A program made the position numbers and the translations under genes. DNA of 64,000 nucleotides from Eledone cirrhosa (taxonomy: Eukaryota). This document shows positions 13,013-26,034 of this stretch, piece after piece. Location: the NCBI GenBank assembly GCA_964016885.1, contig OZ024743.1, positions 222,518,001 through 222,582,000 on the forward strand, given 5' to 3'. Positions within the stretch are counted from its first letter, which is position 1; every line of letters begins with the position of its first letter. The notes under the pieces are model-generated. The model searched no databases. It was not told where the DNA came from and saw only the letters and a program-made list of their open reading frames with translations.

Positions 13013-13063
<51 letters not shown>

Positions 13064-13184
13064 TAGAAATCAATCAATAGTCAAAAAATGGTGGGGTTTT
13101 TTTCTTGTTTATTTTTCGCTCGTTTAATTTTTTTTTTCAAAAACCTTAATTAAAACATCAACTTTCTAAATGTAAAAGTTGAAA

Positions 13185-13365
13185 TGATTACAATGATGAT
13201 GATGATGAGGAGGAGGACAACGATTATGATGATGATGATGACGATGACGAAAACGATGATAATGATGGTGATGGTGATGATGACGATGATGATGGCAATG
13301 ATGATGATTAAGATGATGATGATGGTGATGATAATGCTGATGATGACAATTATGATGATGGTGAT
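13185..13365. repeat. (GAT)n microsatellite
   Basis: Direct; similar tracts at 14600-14965, 43176-43478, 48060-48380. Confidence 0.95.
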
Positions 13366-13474
13366 TATTTCCTCTTTTTTATTTCCTTTTGTTGTATCAT
13401 TTTTTACCAGAAGGGTAAGAAACAAAACAACATTATAATGATGTAGAATGGAATTCAGTAGAAAATAGAACTTC

Positions 13475-13945
13475 ACATACACACTAACACATGCACACAC
13501 ACTAACACATGCACACACACTAACACATGTACACACACACATATGTACACATGTATGTATAAAAAGGCACACATACACACACAAACAAATGTATACACAC
13601 ACACACACATACACACATACTAACATGTGTACACACACACATGCACACACACTAACACATGTACACACATACACACTAACATATGTACACACACACACAC
13701 ACACACATGTATGCATAAAAAGGCACACACGCATACACACTTACAAAAAAATGTACACACACACACATACACAGACAGTCTAACACATGCACACATACTA
13801 ACATGTACACACACACACACACGCACACACACTAACACATGTACACACACACACACATGTATGCATAAAAAGTCACACACATATACACACTTACAAATAA
13901 ATGTACACACACACACACACATGTAAACTCACACACACACATGCA
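13475..13945. repeat. Compound (CA)n minisatellite
   Basis: Repeated acactaacacatgtacacac units. Confidence 0.9.
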
Positions 13946-13964
13946 TACGTACTCTATGTATGCA

Positions 13965-14162
13965 CAACGGTCAGCTGCAGAGTTTATAAGGTGACCAAGA
14001 TACTCTCATGGAATAACCAAATGCGGTTTACTTTTCAACATAGTCCCTGGAAAGAAACAATACAGTTATTAATAAGAAAAGTTGAAATTAATGCATGCAA
14101 GATTTCATAGCTCTAGCATCACTCCGTCATAGTCTGCCTATGAAATGTTCAGCCGACCCTTG
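13965..14162. mobile_element. Mariner-type MITE
   Basis: Degenerate TIR caagggtcggctgaa..; homologous to 38987-39168 and 60137-60332. Confidence 0.75.
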
Positions 14163-14401
14163 TATATATGTATACTATGTGTGGTGTTAGGAAGGGTAAC
14201 CAGCCATAGAAACCATGCCAAACAAATGGCTGAAGGAACTCTTCAGTTGTGTCAATGATATGACAATCTCCTTAGTGCTGGTGCCACAATAGAATGCACC
14301 CAGTAGACTCTTTAGAGTTGTTGGTGACAGGAGGGACATCCTGTTGTGGTGGTGGTGGTGATGGTGGTGGTGGCAGTGATGATGGTGATGGTAATGACAA
14401 T

Positions 14402-14589
14402 AATTGTTTCTACTTTAGGCACAAGGCCAGCAATTACCCAGTGTATTACTGGTACTTTATTTTATCGACCCCGTAAGGATGAAAGGCAAAGTCAACCTCG
14501 GCAGGATTTCAACTCAGATTGTAAAGGGACGTAACTATGCTGGAAAGCATGGCGTCCGACCCTCTACTGATACTGCCAATCCACCGCCC
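14402..14589 (-). mobile_element. SINE family A, full length
   Basis: A/B boxes; TSD gtaat(g/t)acaataat. Confidence 0.93.
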
Positions 14590-15134
14590 GTAATTACAAT
14601 AATAATGATGAAGAAGGTGGTGATAGTGGTGGTGACAATGTTGATGATGATGAAGATGGTGGCGGTGGTGACAATGGTGATGCAGATGGTGGTGGTGACG
14701 AGGTTGATAAAGATGATGATTAAGATGGTGGTGGTGATGGTTAAGGTGGTGATGATGTTGATAAAAATGATGAAGATGGTGGTGGTGGTGACAATGATGA
14801 AGATGGTGGTGGTGGTGGTGGTTGTAATATTGATGATTATGATGATGATGGTGGTGGTGATGATGATAATGATGATCGTGGTGGTGGTGGTGGTGGTGGT
14901 GACAATGATGGTGAAGAAGATGGAGGTGGTGTTGACGTTGATGATGACGATGTTGATGATGATGGAGAAATAAGTAAAAAGAATAAATAAAATAAAAGAA
15001 ATAATGGAATCAATTTGAATCATTGCCAATAAATAAATATATAAACATATCAATATATAATAATGACTTTGTTGTATTTTGAAGGTAAGTTCTAGTTGAA
15101 TAGTGTCTGGAGATCAATTGTTCTGTTATTCTGT

Positions 15135-15345
15135 CATTCTTTTGATAATTAGACTAAGGCCATACTGGAATACCTGGTATTATTTTGGTAATTAGACCAA
15201 GGACATGCTGTAGTACCTGGTATTCTTGTGGTAATTAGACTAAGGCAATCCTGGAGTGCCTGGTATTCTTTTGGTAATCAGACTAAGGCCATGCTGTAGT
15301 ACCTGGTATTCTTTTGATAATTAGACTAAGGCCATGCTGGAGTGC
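15135..15345. repeat. ~43-bp tandem repeat derived from a SINE segment
   Basis: Five units of attcttttggtaattagactaaggccatgctggagtacctggt. Confidence 0.85.
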
Positions 15346-15537
15346 TTTCTTAAAAGCATTTAATCAATCATATCAACCCCAATATATATTTTTTTTTGAA
15401 GTGTAGTACTTACAAATGTCAGCATAGACACTAACACACACACAATATATATATATATATATATATATAAATATAAATTAGCGAGAATCATATTTCGGCT
15501 TTGGAATTAGCGAAAAACAACTTCCAAGAGTGTGGCA

Positions 15538-16065
15538 ATACTCATGTATAAGCTGATCCAAATAAATGCCAGCCTCCCTTATTCTATGTCTGAGAAATGG
15601 GCAAAAATTCAAACCTCATTTATAAGCCAAGTCACCTAATCAACAAATTAAATTGGAGAATATTTTTATGAGGTTTTAATATTTTCATAACTAAAAGGTT
15701 TTCTTTTAGTGTTGTTTAGAGAATAGTTTTTGTTTTACAACTCCATTACATAATGATTTTTTTTTTTACCATTTCCTCCATTTTATTAAGTTTCACCATG
15801 TTTCTCAAATTTTTCTTTACTTCCGGCCATTCAGATGCTGGGAGAAATGAAAACAAAGACTCAAATATTTTATTAAAATGTTTCTAAAATGTAATAAAAC
15901 TGTTTCATTGTAGAATAATTCACTCCAGATATTTTAGTGCCTTCTTATATAAATAAAAGTTGGTGAAAATCAACAATATAATTTATCTCAAATATAAGTC
16001 TTCCCCCTACCACATTATAACATGAATTTTTTTGTCACATATTTCTTGGCTTATACACAAGTGTA
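15538..16065. mobile_element. Old Tc1/mariner (pogo-like) non-autonomous element
   Basis: Imperfect inverted ends tactcatgtataagctga / ttggcttatacacaagtg. Confidence 0.45.
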
Positions 16066-16119
16066 TGTGTGTATGTATGTATATATGTGTGTGTGTATAT
16101 ATATAATTAGTTGCAACAG

Positions 16120-16179
16120 TGACATGTACGGGTACTTAAGTTTCGTTGGGTTATACACCCCAACTTAATCAGCCTGTCA
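16120..16179 (-). ncRNA. Type I hammerhead ribozyme fold (core G8->U variant)
   Basis: Minus strand TGACAGG CTGATTAA GTTGGG gtgtataa CCCAAC GAAAC TTAA GTA^CC cgtaca TGTCA: stems I, II and III all present. Confidence 0.75.
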
Positions 16180-16291
16180 TATAAAAAGAAAATGGCTTCC
16201 TCCACCGGTTGATTGGAGGTTTTTAGAAAAAACAGAAGAGCTCTTCAAGAGCAGGTAATTTTGAATTTAGCTATAAATAAACAATATATAT

Positions 16292-16468
16292 AATTGTTTC
16301 TACTTTAGGCACAAGGCCAGCAATTACCCAGTACATTACTGGTACTTTATTTTATAGACCCCGTAAGGATGAAAGGCAAAGTAAACCTCGGCGGGATTTG
16401 AACTCAGATCATAAAGGGACGTAACTATGTTGGAAAGCATGGCGTCCGACACTCTACCGATACTGCCA
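16292..16468 (-). mobile_element. SINE family A
   Basis: Family match. Confidence 0.92.
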
Positions 16469-17059
16469 TGTCGTAAGAAGTGACTAAAAGGTTTGGTGTT
16501 CGTAAGGACATCTGGCTGTGATGTATTGCATCAAAAACTCCAATCCTACCCATGCAAGCATGAAAAAATTGAGAAAAATGATGATATATATATATATATA
16601 CACAATGGACCTGTACAATTTCCATTTACCAAATTTCACTCACATGGCAATGGTAAATCCAAACCTAAAGTAGAAAACATTTACCTATGTTGTCATAACA
16701 GCGGGATTGAACCAGAAACCAGATGGTTGTGAAGTGAACTCCATAACCACAAAGCCATGTATGCATTTGTCGGTCAACCTAAAGCTATGGAAGACATTTA
16801 AGACATGCTATGCAATGAGACTAAACCTAAAACCATTTGGTTTTGAAGCAAACTCCTTAACCACATGTCTAAGTCTGTGTCTATTAGTCAAACCAAGGCT
16901 ATCATGCAAGAGTTCCCAAATTTGTTTGCGCCATCACCCACTTTCAAATGGAAAGATTTTCCACTGCCCACCTGTATAGTAAATATTCAAAAGCCTACCA
17001 AAAATGTTTGGTAAAAGTTTGTTACTGGTTCATTATTCCCATTTAGCCTCCTGTGCTTT

Positions 17060-17093
<34 letters not shown>

Positions 17094-17979
17094 CAGGGTG
17101 CGGACGATATTTGTTTGCAATTTTCAACTGCTAATTTTATGCAAATTTTTTTTACTTCCGTTGTCACTCTTGTCTTCATAAAAACAGTGACTATATTTCC
17201 ATTATTTATTTTCAGAATAATTGATTATAAATAATTTTGAACCTCCAAATTTGTGGAAGGGACACGGAGTTCTTCTTGGAATCCACGCCAGGAGGACAAA
17301 TAAGACCAGAAGATCAACTCCCAGAACAACAGGTGGCTCGCTGTCTCATCCAAAGACATGTCCAGAGTCATGCAGACAAAGTTTCCAGCGACAACATTGG
17401 TCTTAGGTGTCGTCAGCAGTCAAGGTGACGTCATGCCACCTCACTTCTTCTCTGAGGGCATCAAGCTGAACACGCGGATGTAGCCATCCGCGTTCTGAGT
17501 GAGGTAGTAAAGCCCTGGATCGACCAGGTAGCTGCAGGTAGGCCGTACATGTGGCAGCAAGACACAGCGCCCTGCCATACCAGCCGAAAAACCCAAGCCT
17601 GGCCGTCAGAGAACTTCGTCGACCACACTTCACCTGACATCCCAGCTCGCCTGACTGCAACCCCCTCGACTTCTTTGTGTGGGGCGCAGTGGAACGAGAC
17701 ACCAACAGATCTAGTTGCAATATGAAAGACGATCTGAAGGTCAGGATCACAAGTGAGATAGGGGCCTAAGTCGGGGGGACAGTGACGAAGGTCTGTAGCC
17801 GGTTCCAAGCCGCCTTGAGGCCGTCATCAAAGCCAATGGCGGGTTATTCGAGTGAGATCGAAAGAACAAGTCATGAACACAAACTGACCAAAGTTTAATA
17901 AATAAATCTTAAAAAATAAAACTACTGTGTTATTTTTTCCTAGACAGTAATCTTGCGAACAAATATCGTCCGCACCCTG
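17094..17979 (+). mobile_element. Tc1/mariner DD37D (maT-like) transposon, internally deleted, frameshifted transposase
   Basis: 27-bp TIRs cagggtgcggacgatatttgtt(t/c)gcaa flanked by TA; remnants QNNRWLA, VMPPHFF, YMWQQDTAPCHTS, SPDCNPLDFFVWG. Confidence 0.92.
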
Positions 17980-18180
17980 TATATATATATATTAGTAAAA
18001 AGGAAAAGAAAATGCTGACAAATTTTTCCCAGTGAAAAATAGTTTAATTAGGAATAAGTATAAATTAGTAATAAGTATTAGTTAGTATTCAGTTTTAGTT
18101 TTAAGTTTTTACCAGTTGCGCATTTCTAATTTTCAAAAATAATTTTGAGATAGAGCGCTCATGATTTTTGCTCTAATCTG

Positions 18181-18240
<60 letters not shown>

Positions 18241-19844
18241 GAAGTGGTTACACAACAGTTAGTTCACCATACCGAGAACAATTGTTTCACCTTACCTAAC
18301 TCGTCCCATGGACTGAGTGCTCTACCACTGTTCTACCAATATATATATATATATATATATATACAGGTTCTTTGCCTATCTCCATTGAATATTTTGTTGG
18401 GGAAAGCATTTGTTGACATGCCTTCTTAATACTCTAAATTCTATAACATCGACCAAAATTTCCAATTGCTCACCATTTTCTGTTCAGTTGCTCATTGGCA
18501 ACCCAACATTTGAAATTGCCCACCAGGGAGCGATAGCGCCCAGGTTAGGAAACTCTTCTATAGAAGATGCTGAAAGTGTTATGCAGTGGGAGTAATAGAG
18601 GTGAGAACATAACTTAAGAAAAGTTTCTTACATTAAAATTATGATAGAAGATATAAATTGAATGTTTTATATAAAACAAATGTTTCTATTTTTATCATAG
18701 AACCAGGGTCGGTTCCAAATGAGTTAGTAAGAAAGGGGTTAAGCTTACACACTTTCAAGCTCTATACTGACTCAACCAAATTTATTCAACCACCTTCATC
18801 TATAAATGATGCAATACATCACCAGCACCAGCACCACCACCACTATTAAGAAATGTTTGGAGGCTATGGGATAGGTCTTTCCTCTTCAGGTGTAACAATT
18901 AAAAAGAGTGAGACAAGGGAAGATGACAGAGAAAGAGGGGGAGAGAAGAAGGAAGGAAGAAAGAAAGAAAGAACAAAAGAAAGAGAAGGGGGTCTACTCC
19001 TAGTTTACAGTTGAACAATTAAAAAATAAGAAACCATCCAACTGTAAAACTACTTGCTCCACCATTTATGCAAACAGCCAAAATTTGAAGAAAAAAAATT
19101 ATAAGTAAATAATAATAATAACAATAATAATAATACTAAGTAAATAAAATTTAGCCAGCCATGCAAGTGTGACAAATTGGATGTAAAAACAAAATAAAAA
19201 TGGTTTACAAAAAATGTAATACACACGCTACCAAACATCTTTCACTTGTTGAAAATGTTTGAAGATTACATAACATAAAGATCAAAGATCTTGATGTTTT
19301 TTTTTTCATATTACGTATATTTATTTAAAGCAGAAAAACAAGGAATGTTCTTCTACTTTCTGAACCAGTGAGTTCCACTCATGCAACTATGAAGACACGT
19401 AGGCTAGCAGTTAAGGTGTAGGACTCAGGATCATGAGGTGATTGGTTCAATTCCTAGACTGGGCAGCATGCTGCTTCAGTTCACACAGCTGGGTAACAAA
19501 AAAAAAAACGACAGGTTAACCCTTGCAATGGACTAGTTCCAGTCAAGTTGGGGTTAAGGTCTTTCCATGTCAGGATTGGCACCCCTATCGTTAACACTTT
19601 TCTGACCATATTTCTAACAAGAGTATGTTGCTTTTGTTTTAATTATCAATGTCAAAAAGAATGATAAGAGGCTGAATGAAATAACAAACTTTCAACTTAA
19701 TAATGGTTTCTGATTTAGGCACAAGGCCAGAAAATGTAAAGGGATGTAACTATATGCAACAAAGCATATTATCCAATGCTCTACCGATACTGCCAATCAA
19801 CCACCATAACTTTCAACTTAATAAAAAAACAAAAAGAAACATTA

Positions 19845-20235
19845 AAGGCCTTCCATAGGGTCCCACACTCTGTAATCTGGTGGGCACTTAGGAAGCTAGG
19901 TGTAGATGAATGGCTTGTGAGGGCCGTGCAGACCATGTATAAAGGTGCAACCAGCAAAGTGACAGTTGGCAATGAGTACAGTCATGAATTTGAAGTGCAG
20001 AGAAAAACTTGGCATAAGAAGAATAGGATGTAGTATGCAAGAGAGAAGACTGCATTGGTATAAACATGTGATATGTATTAAAAATAGCACCTGCATAAAA
20101 AAAATCACTGGGACCCATGAAAGAGGCAGACCCAGGAAGACTTGGGACAAGGTAGTGAAGATCAGCCTTAAGAAACTAAACCTCAAAAGAAATGACAAAG
20201 GACCACGAAGGCTGGCCCTATGCTGTATTGGTGAA
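19845..20235 (+). mobile_element. RTE LINE fragment with internal deletion
   Basis: KAFHRVPHSVIWWALRKLGVDEWLVR joined to LREKLGIR..RLHWYKHV..GRPRKTW. Confidence 0.85.
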
Positions 20236-21285
20236 ACCTGGCAAAAAGCATATGATATGACCTGCATTCCCAAGCATTCCCAAGTAGCTATCCTCACCAT
20301 CACTACACTCCCACCCCACCACCAATCCCTCCATGCCCTCTACAGTACCATTCCTTAGCTACTGCCCACTCTAAAGCCTTTAGATACCCTCACTATCACA
20401 CTCTTGTAGCTACTCTATCCCTGTGTACTCCATCCATGTCCCCTCATCTATCACTCCATAGCTACTCTCTCCATTACTACACTCTCCCTTCCCAACAATG
20501 GTGAGTGCTATCCGCCCACACCCTGCACTATTAATAGAAGAACACAGCGAGTGGAGAGCTGGTGCACTGAAAAGGATCTGTCCAGCCCATGCAAGCACAG
20601 AAAAACAGATGTGATGATGATGATATACACATGATAGGACTAGGATCCCTATCATTAAAATACTTGAGAAATCTCCTATAACAGAGCCTCTTAGAAGGCC
20701 AGTCAAACCTACATATGTATGAGCTGTAACAACAACTTATGCAACTGGTGAAATATTTCGAACTTTGGATTTCAAATAAAATTGACCTGATTGGCACCAA
20801 TTATTTTTGGAAATTTTATTTCATTTTAGTACTTTTTCTTCTACATTTCCATTGTTCTTACGAATGCTAAAGAGAAAGGCTTGTTATTGATTTGTTATGC
20901 TTCTTTCTCTCTTCTTTACATAGAAAGAGCAAGTTGTTTTCCCAGTACAGCTTATTACAGTTACTACTGCTGCTGTAATAAGCTACACTGCAACTGGCAA
21001 CTAAAGGGGAAAAAGTTTTTTTTTAATTATTATAATAATAAATAAAACAAGTTGAGGCCTTACAATTTTCCCACCTAAAAACAAAAACAATGACAAGAAA
21101 TGAATTAGTTGGAGGAGTACATTCACACACACACACATATACATACCTGCATATACATACATACACACACACAAATTTACATATATATATATACATATAT
21201 ACACACATACACAAATTTACATATATACATACACACACACACAAATTTACATATATACATACATATAATCTACAGTTTAAAAAAT

Positions 21286-21392
21286 AATTGTTTCTACTTT
21301 AGGCACAAGGTCAGCAATTAACCAGTACATTACTGGTACTTTATTTTATTGACTCTGTAAGGATGAAAGGCAAAGTAAACCTCGGCGGGATT
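21286..21392 (-). mobile_element. SINE A, 5'-truncated
   Basis: Family match. Confidence 0.85.
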
Positions 21393-22077
21393 AAAAAATA
21401 ATAGAGTCTTTACAGCAGCAATACCAATACCATGAGCCAAAAAGAAAGGTTACTTATTCGTTCAATCTGCTAGAATTAGCAGCCAAATTGTCCTTTTTAT
21501 ACTTACCTGACCAAGATGGGCCTTGGTTCTATGAAACAAAACCACCCATTTTAAAGTGTTCCTATTTAAATTAAAATTTTCCATAATAATTTTATTATCA
21601 GAATCATATGCTAAGAAATAATTTAATGCCCCATTTAGCAATGAAATAATTTATAATTTTAGGAAATATCTTTAATTTCTTCATTAATTAATTGAAATGG
21701 CAATTTGATTAGAAATATGCCCACAAAAAGGTTCAATTGCACCTTACTGTATTTTAAAAATGACATATGAGATAACATAGTCCTAGAAAGTATGTCTGAA
21801 GAAAGATTGGAAGGCCTAGGTTAGAATGGATGCTTTTGATCACAGTCCTGCTCGACATTACCAACACAACTACCATGGTACCATCAACATATATATCACT
21901 TGAATTTCACCACCACAGAATTGCCAATGTCACAGTTAACCCTTTTGGTATCAACCCACACAAAACCACCCAATTTAAAACATGCCTATTTAAATTATAA
22001 TCTTCCAGCATAATTTGGCATAAGAACATTTTAAGTTTTATTACATATACTATAGGTAAATCTCTCCAAATATTTCA

Positions 22078-22293
22078 TTAACCCTTTAGCATTTAAACTG
22101 GCTGTATCCGGCCAGGAATCTCTCACCTCTTTCTGTTCAAACCAGCTGTAACCGGCCACTCATACTGATATTAAGGTATTGTTCTCAAAATAAATAATAT
22201 GAAAATCTCATAGATTTGATATTATGTGAGAAAACGTGTTTACCGTGGAAATACAATAGTAAATATAGAGTAATGTAAATGCTAAAGGGTTAA
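22078..22293 (+). mobile_element. piggyBac-type MITE family 1, intact
   Basis: TTAA-ccctttagcattta ... taaatgctaaaggg-TTAA (14-bp perfect TIR, TTAA TSD). Confidence 0.92.
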
Positions 22294-22937
22294 GGAATTC
22301 AAATACAGTGTATTTCATTAGAAACATAATAAGGAAACTGTTAAAACCATCACTATATACATCACATCCCCATAAACTTCCCACCATATTGGGAAAAAAT
22401 GGAAAGGAAAGGAATCAACTGACAGATTGGACCAAGGAAACTATGTTTCCATGAATTCCCATTACTGTTGCTATCTACTGATCACATCCAGTATCACTAA
22501 GCTACCATCAACACAATACCATAAAAAACACTATTACTACTGGCACTAACAAAACACACCAACACCATCTTTCTTTAACTCTTCACTATTGCACAAAACA
22601 TTTGCTTGACACCGTTTCTATAAAAAGGAAACAGCCAATGGATGTCACAAGTGACAATACATACTTGAGCGACATCAGTGCTACTTGGAGACATTGCACA
22701 TTTAAAATAGACACTTCAAAGATGAAATATTGATTTCTCATATAGACACAAGGTCGCAATAGATTTTATACTGGAAGCAAGTGATAGAAAGATTTAAGCA
22801 GTGTAAAGTGGTGGTAAGATCGTACACAAAAAGCAATCACAATCTACTATAAAGCAGATTCAATTCTTGGCTAAACCTTCTCAATAATACAACTGCTTCT
22901 TGCAATTTCTACTTGCAGTTTCTGCCAATAGTGTTTG

Positions 22938-23085
22938 GGAATGGCTGTGTGGTTAGGGAGTTCACTTTGCAACCAAGTGGTTTTTGGTTCACTCCCACAT
23001 CGTGGCACCTTGGTCAAGTGCTTTCTACTATAGCCTCGAGATGACCATAGCCTTATGAGTGAAATTTGGGAGAAGCCTGTCATGT
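22938..23085 (+). mobile_element. tRNA-derived CORE-type SINE (older family)
   Basis: tggctgtgtggttag A box, ggttcactccc B box, ggcaccttggtcaagtg core; similar copies near 4340, 11985, 31820, 47210. Confidence 0.7.
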
Positions 23086-23150
23086 GTGTGTTTGTGTGTT
23101 TTATTAGAGGGCTACAGCAATGTAAATGGGACATTAAATGTTAAGAATAT

Positions 23151-23338
23151 AATTGTTTCTACTTTAGGCACAAGGCCAGCAATTACCCAGTGCATTACTG
23201 GTACTTTATTTTATCGACCTCGTAAGGATGAAAGGCAAAGTCAACCTCGGCAGGATTTGAACTCAGATCGTAAAGGGACGTAACTATGCTGGAAAGCATG
23301 GCGTCCGACCCTCCACCGATACTGCCAATTCACCGCCC
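23151..23338 (-). mobile_element. SINE family A, full length
   Basis: 15-bp TSD tgttaagaatataat (23139-23153 / 23346-23360). Confidence 0.95.
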
Positions 23339-23579
23339 TTCTCTCTGTTAAGAATATAATGGTAACAAAGATGCTGGAATGTTACCTTGGAGTTATTTTA
23401 TAGTCCTAAATATTCTGGGATAAAATCTTTTTAGCAATTCCTAAACACCCAGGTGTTAACAGACAGATTCCCTATCACCCACTTCAACAATAGATTTAAC
23501 CATAGCTTAGACCATAACATAGCTTAGAACACATACCATGTTATCTATTCACTATTTCCAGTGTTGAGGACAAACTTTC

Positions 23580-24130
23580 ATTATCATCATCATTTTTATG
23601 TCCGTTTTCATTATCATCATTTTTATGCCCGTTTTTCCACACATGTATGGGTTGGACAGGTTCTTTTCAGCACACTGTCTATCCACTTGTCATGTTCCTT
23701 TGTCAGCGCCTCTCCGAGTCTCAGCGATTTGAGATCAGCTCTCACCACCTCTACCCAGGTCTTCCTTTGTCAACCTCTACTGCGACTTCCTTCCACTAGG
23801 ATTTCCTGGTATTATCCAATAATCCTCATCCATATGCATCACATGTCTGTACCAATGCAGTCTTCTCTCTCTTGCACACCACTTCAGATTCCTCTTAAAC
23901 TCAGTTTCTCCCTCAACTCATCCAGGCTCTGCCTTTCTCTCACATTTACATTGCACAACCAACGAAGCATGGTAGCTTCATTTATCTCCAGCCTACTCAT
24001 GTCCTCTGCAGTCACAGCCCATGTTTCATGCAGCATTGCACACAGGTGTTATACACACGTCCTTTTGTAAGTAGGGAGAAACCTTTTGTTGTCAACAGTG
24101 GGAGTAGTTCTCTAAACTACTTCCATCCTA
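23580..24130 (-). mobile_element. RTE LINE 3' fragment
   Basis: Reverse-strand homology to 6900-7550 including tail. Confidence 0.8.
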
Positions 24131-24217
24131 GCCTTTTATTACCATATTTCTAATGAAAGACACTACCTATGTCTTTAACCCTTTTGTTACCATGTTTCTA
24201 ATGAAAGACTGCCTGTC

Positions 24218-24484
24218 ATTAACCCTTTTATTACCATATTTCTAATAAAAGACACTACCTATAATTTACAAATAATTTTGAAAATAATCAAGTATTTGGA
24301 GGAATTTAGAAATGTAATGAACGTTCTCCTTATCAAGCTTGTGTTTGGAACATAACTTAACATAGATTCTTACATGAAATTATGATGGAAGGCATTTTGA
24401 TATATATATATACAGTTTAAAATGAACAGTTTTATAAGATAGAACCAAAGGCAGTATCAAGCAGTTTGATATCAAAAGGGTTAA
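24218..24484. mobile_element. piggyBac-type MITE family 2
   Basis: ttaaccctttt ... aaaagggttaa ends; related pieces near 9790-10057, 11480-11680, 21510-21735, 27120-27770, 28075-28395, 45550-46270, 57590-57788. Confidence 0.7.
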
Positions 24485-24579
24485 TGTAAGGGATGTGAGA
24501 CATTACAAGCTCAGTTAATGTTGGTGTAGCTATCTTTGGTTATGGGTAACTTTGTACACTGTAGAAGACCTTGATTGTA

Positions 24580-24836
24580 GTGTGAAAGAGAGATGACTGC
24601 ACTGGTATGGACATGTGATGCCTATGGATAATCATCATTGGATGAAGAAGTGTGGGAAACACCCAGTGGAAAGAAACTGCAATAGAGGAAGACCAAGGAA
24701 GCGGTAAAAACAGATCTCAAAACAATGAACCTCACAGAAGTGATGATGAAGTAATGTAATAGAAATTATTGTAGGAAAGACCTATCCAACGCATGCAAGA
24801 ATGGAAACACAGATGTAAAAGGATGATGATGATGAT
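24580..24836 (+). mobile_element. RTE LINE 3' end
   Basis: LHWYGHVM..GRPRK and (gat)n tail. Confidence 0.8.
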
Positions 24837-25297
24837 AAAAACCTAGAAGTACTACCTCCAGCAATGCTAATCAACCTTATGACTGTATGTACATGTATGC
24901 AAATAGATGCATGCGTGTGTAAAACATTGATAAGATGGATGCATAAGGAAACTAATTCATTTAACTGTGAGATACCACTAGCAAAAATATGGAATATATA
25001 GATAAAATATTTTGAAGCAAAAACATAAGGACATCCTTCGTATATGAACAGGTATGTGTGTTTGTTTATGTAGCTGATTGAATGTACACATTCTTTACAT
25101 AAATTATATAAAAAGTTTGTATATATTTATGAATATATAAATGTGTGTGTGTGTGTGCTCATACATACATCATACATGAAGACAGACAGATAGATAGAAA
25201 AATAGATACGTGTGTGTGTAGATAGATAGATAGATAGATAGATATCCTCTCCAACCCATGACAGCATGGAAACTGGAAAACATATGTATAACAATGA

Positions 25298-25344
<47 letters not shown>

Positions 25345-25754
25345 TGTATGTACTGAAATTATGTGTGTTTGCATGGTATGTGTGTGTTTGTGTGTACACA
25401 TGGATGTGAGATTGTGTAGTAGTGTGTGGCCGAGTGTATGTGTCTGTGGCCATGCGCGTGTGTGAAGAAATGAAGAAATTAGAATTTCTATTGATTTATC
25501 CTGGAAACAGTTGGACAAATCACGAGGATGCGAGATATTAAAGAAAATCTTGAGTCTCGTGGCAAAACCCATGAGTTTGTAGGTCTAATCACATACATAT
25601 ACATACATACATTCATACATATAAATACATACATATAAATACATACATATGTACATATATACATATATACACATGTACATATATACATATGTACATATGT
25701 ACATATATACATACACACATATGTACATACATACATACACATACACACATATGT

Positions 25755-25799
<45 letters not shown>

Positions 25800-26034
25800 T
25801 GTATCTGTGTGTGCGTAAAAAGTAAACAGAAACAACAATGAATAAATATATTAGTTCAACACTTGATATAGTAGGAAAAGGGTCTGAACGTTTCAGACAC
25901 TTCATCAGAAGATAGAATGAAATATATGAAAGATGAAAAAGAAAGACAGAAAATGAAAAGAGAAAGGAATGGAAAAAGCATGTGTTTGTTCAGGTGTGTT
26001 CAGTTAGCCATATATATATATATATATATATATA

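Noticed and set aside
20890-20935. Plus-strand splice acceptor (polypyrimidine + tacatag)
   Set aside because: No recognisable coding exon or donor follows.
23151-23338. tRNA genes
   Set aside because: A/B boxes belong to SINE heads; no cloverleaf.
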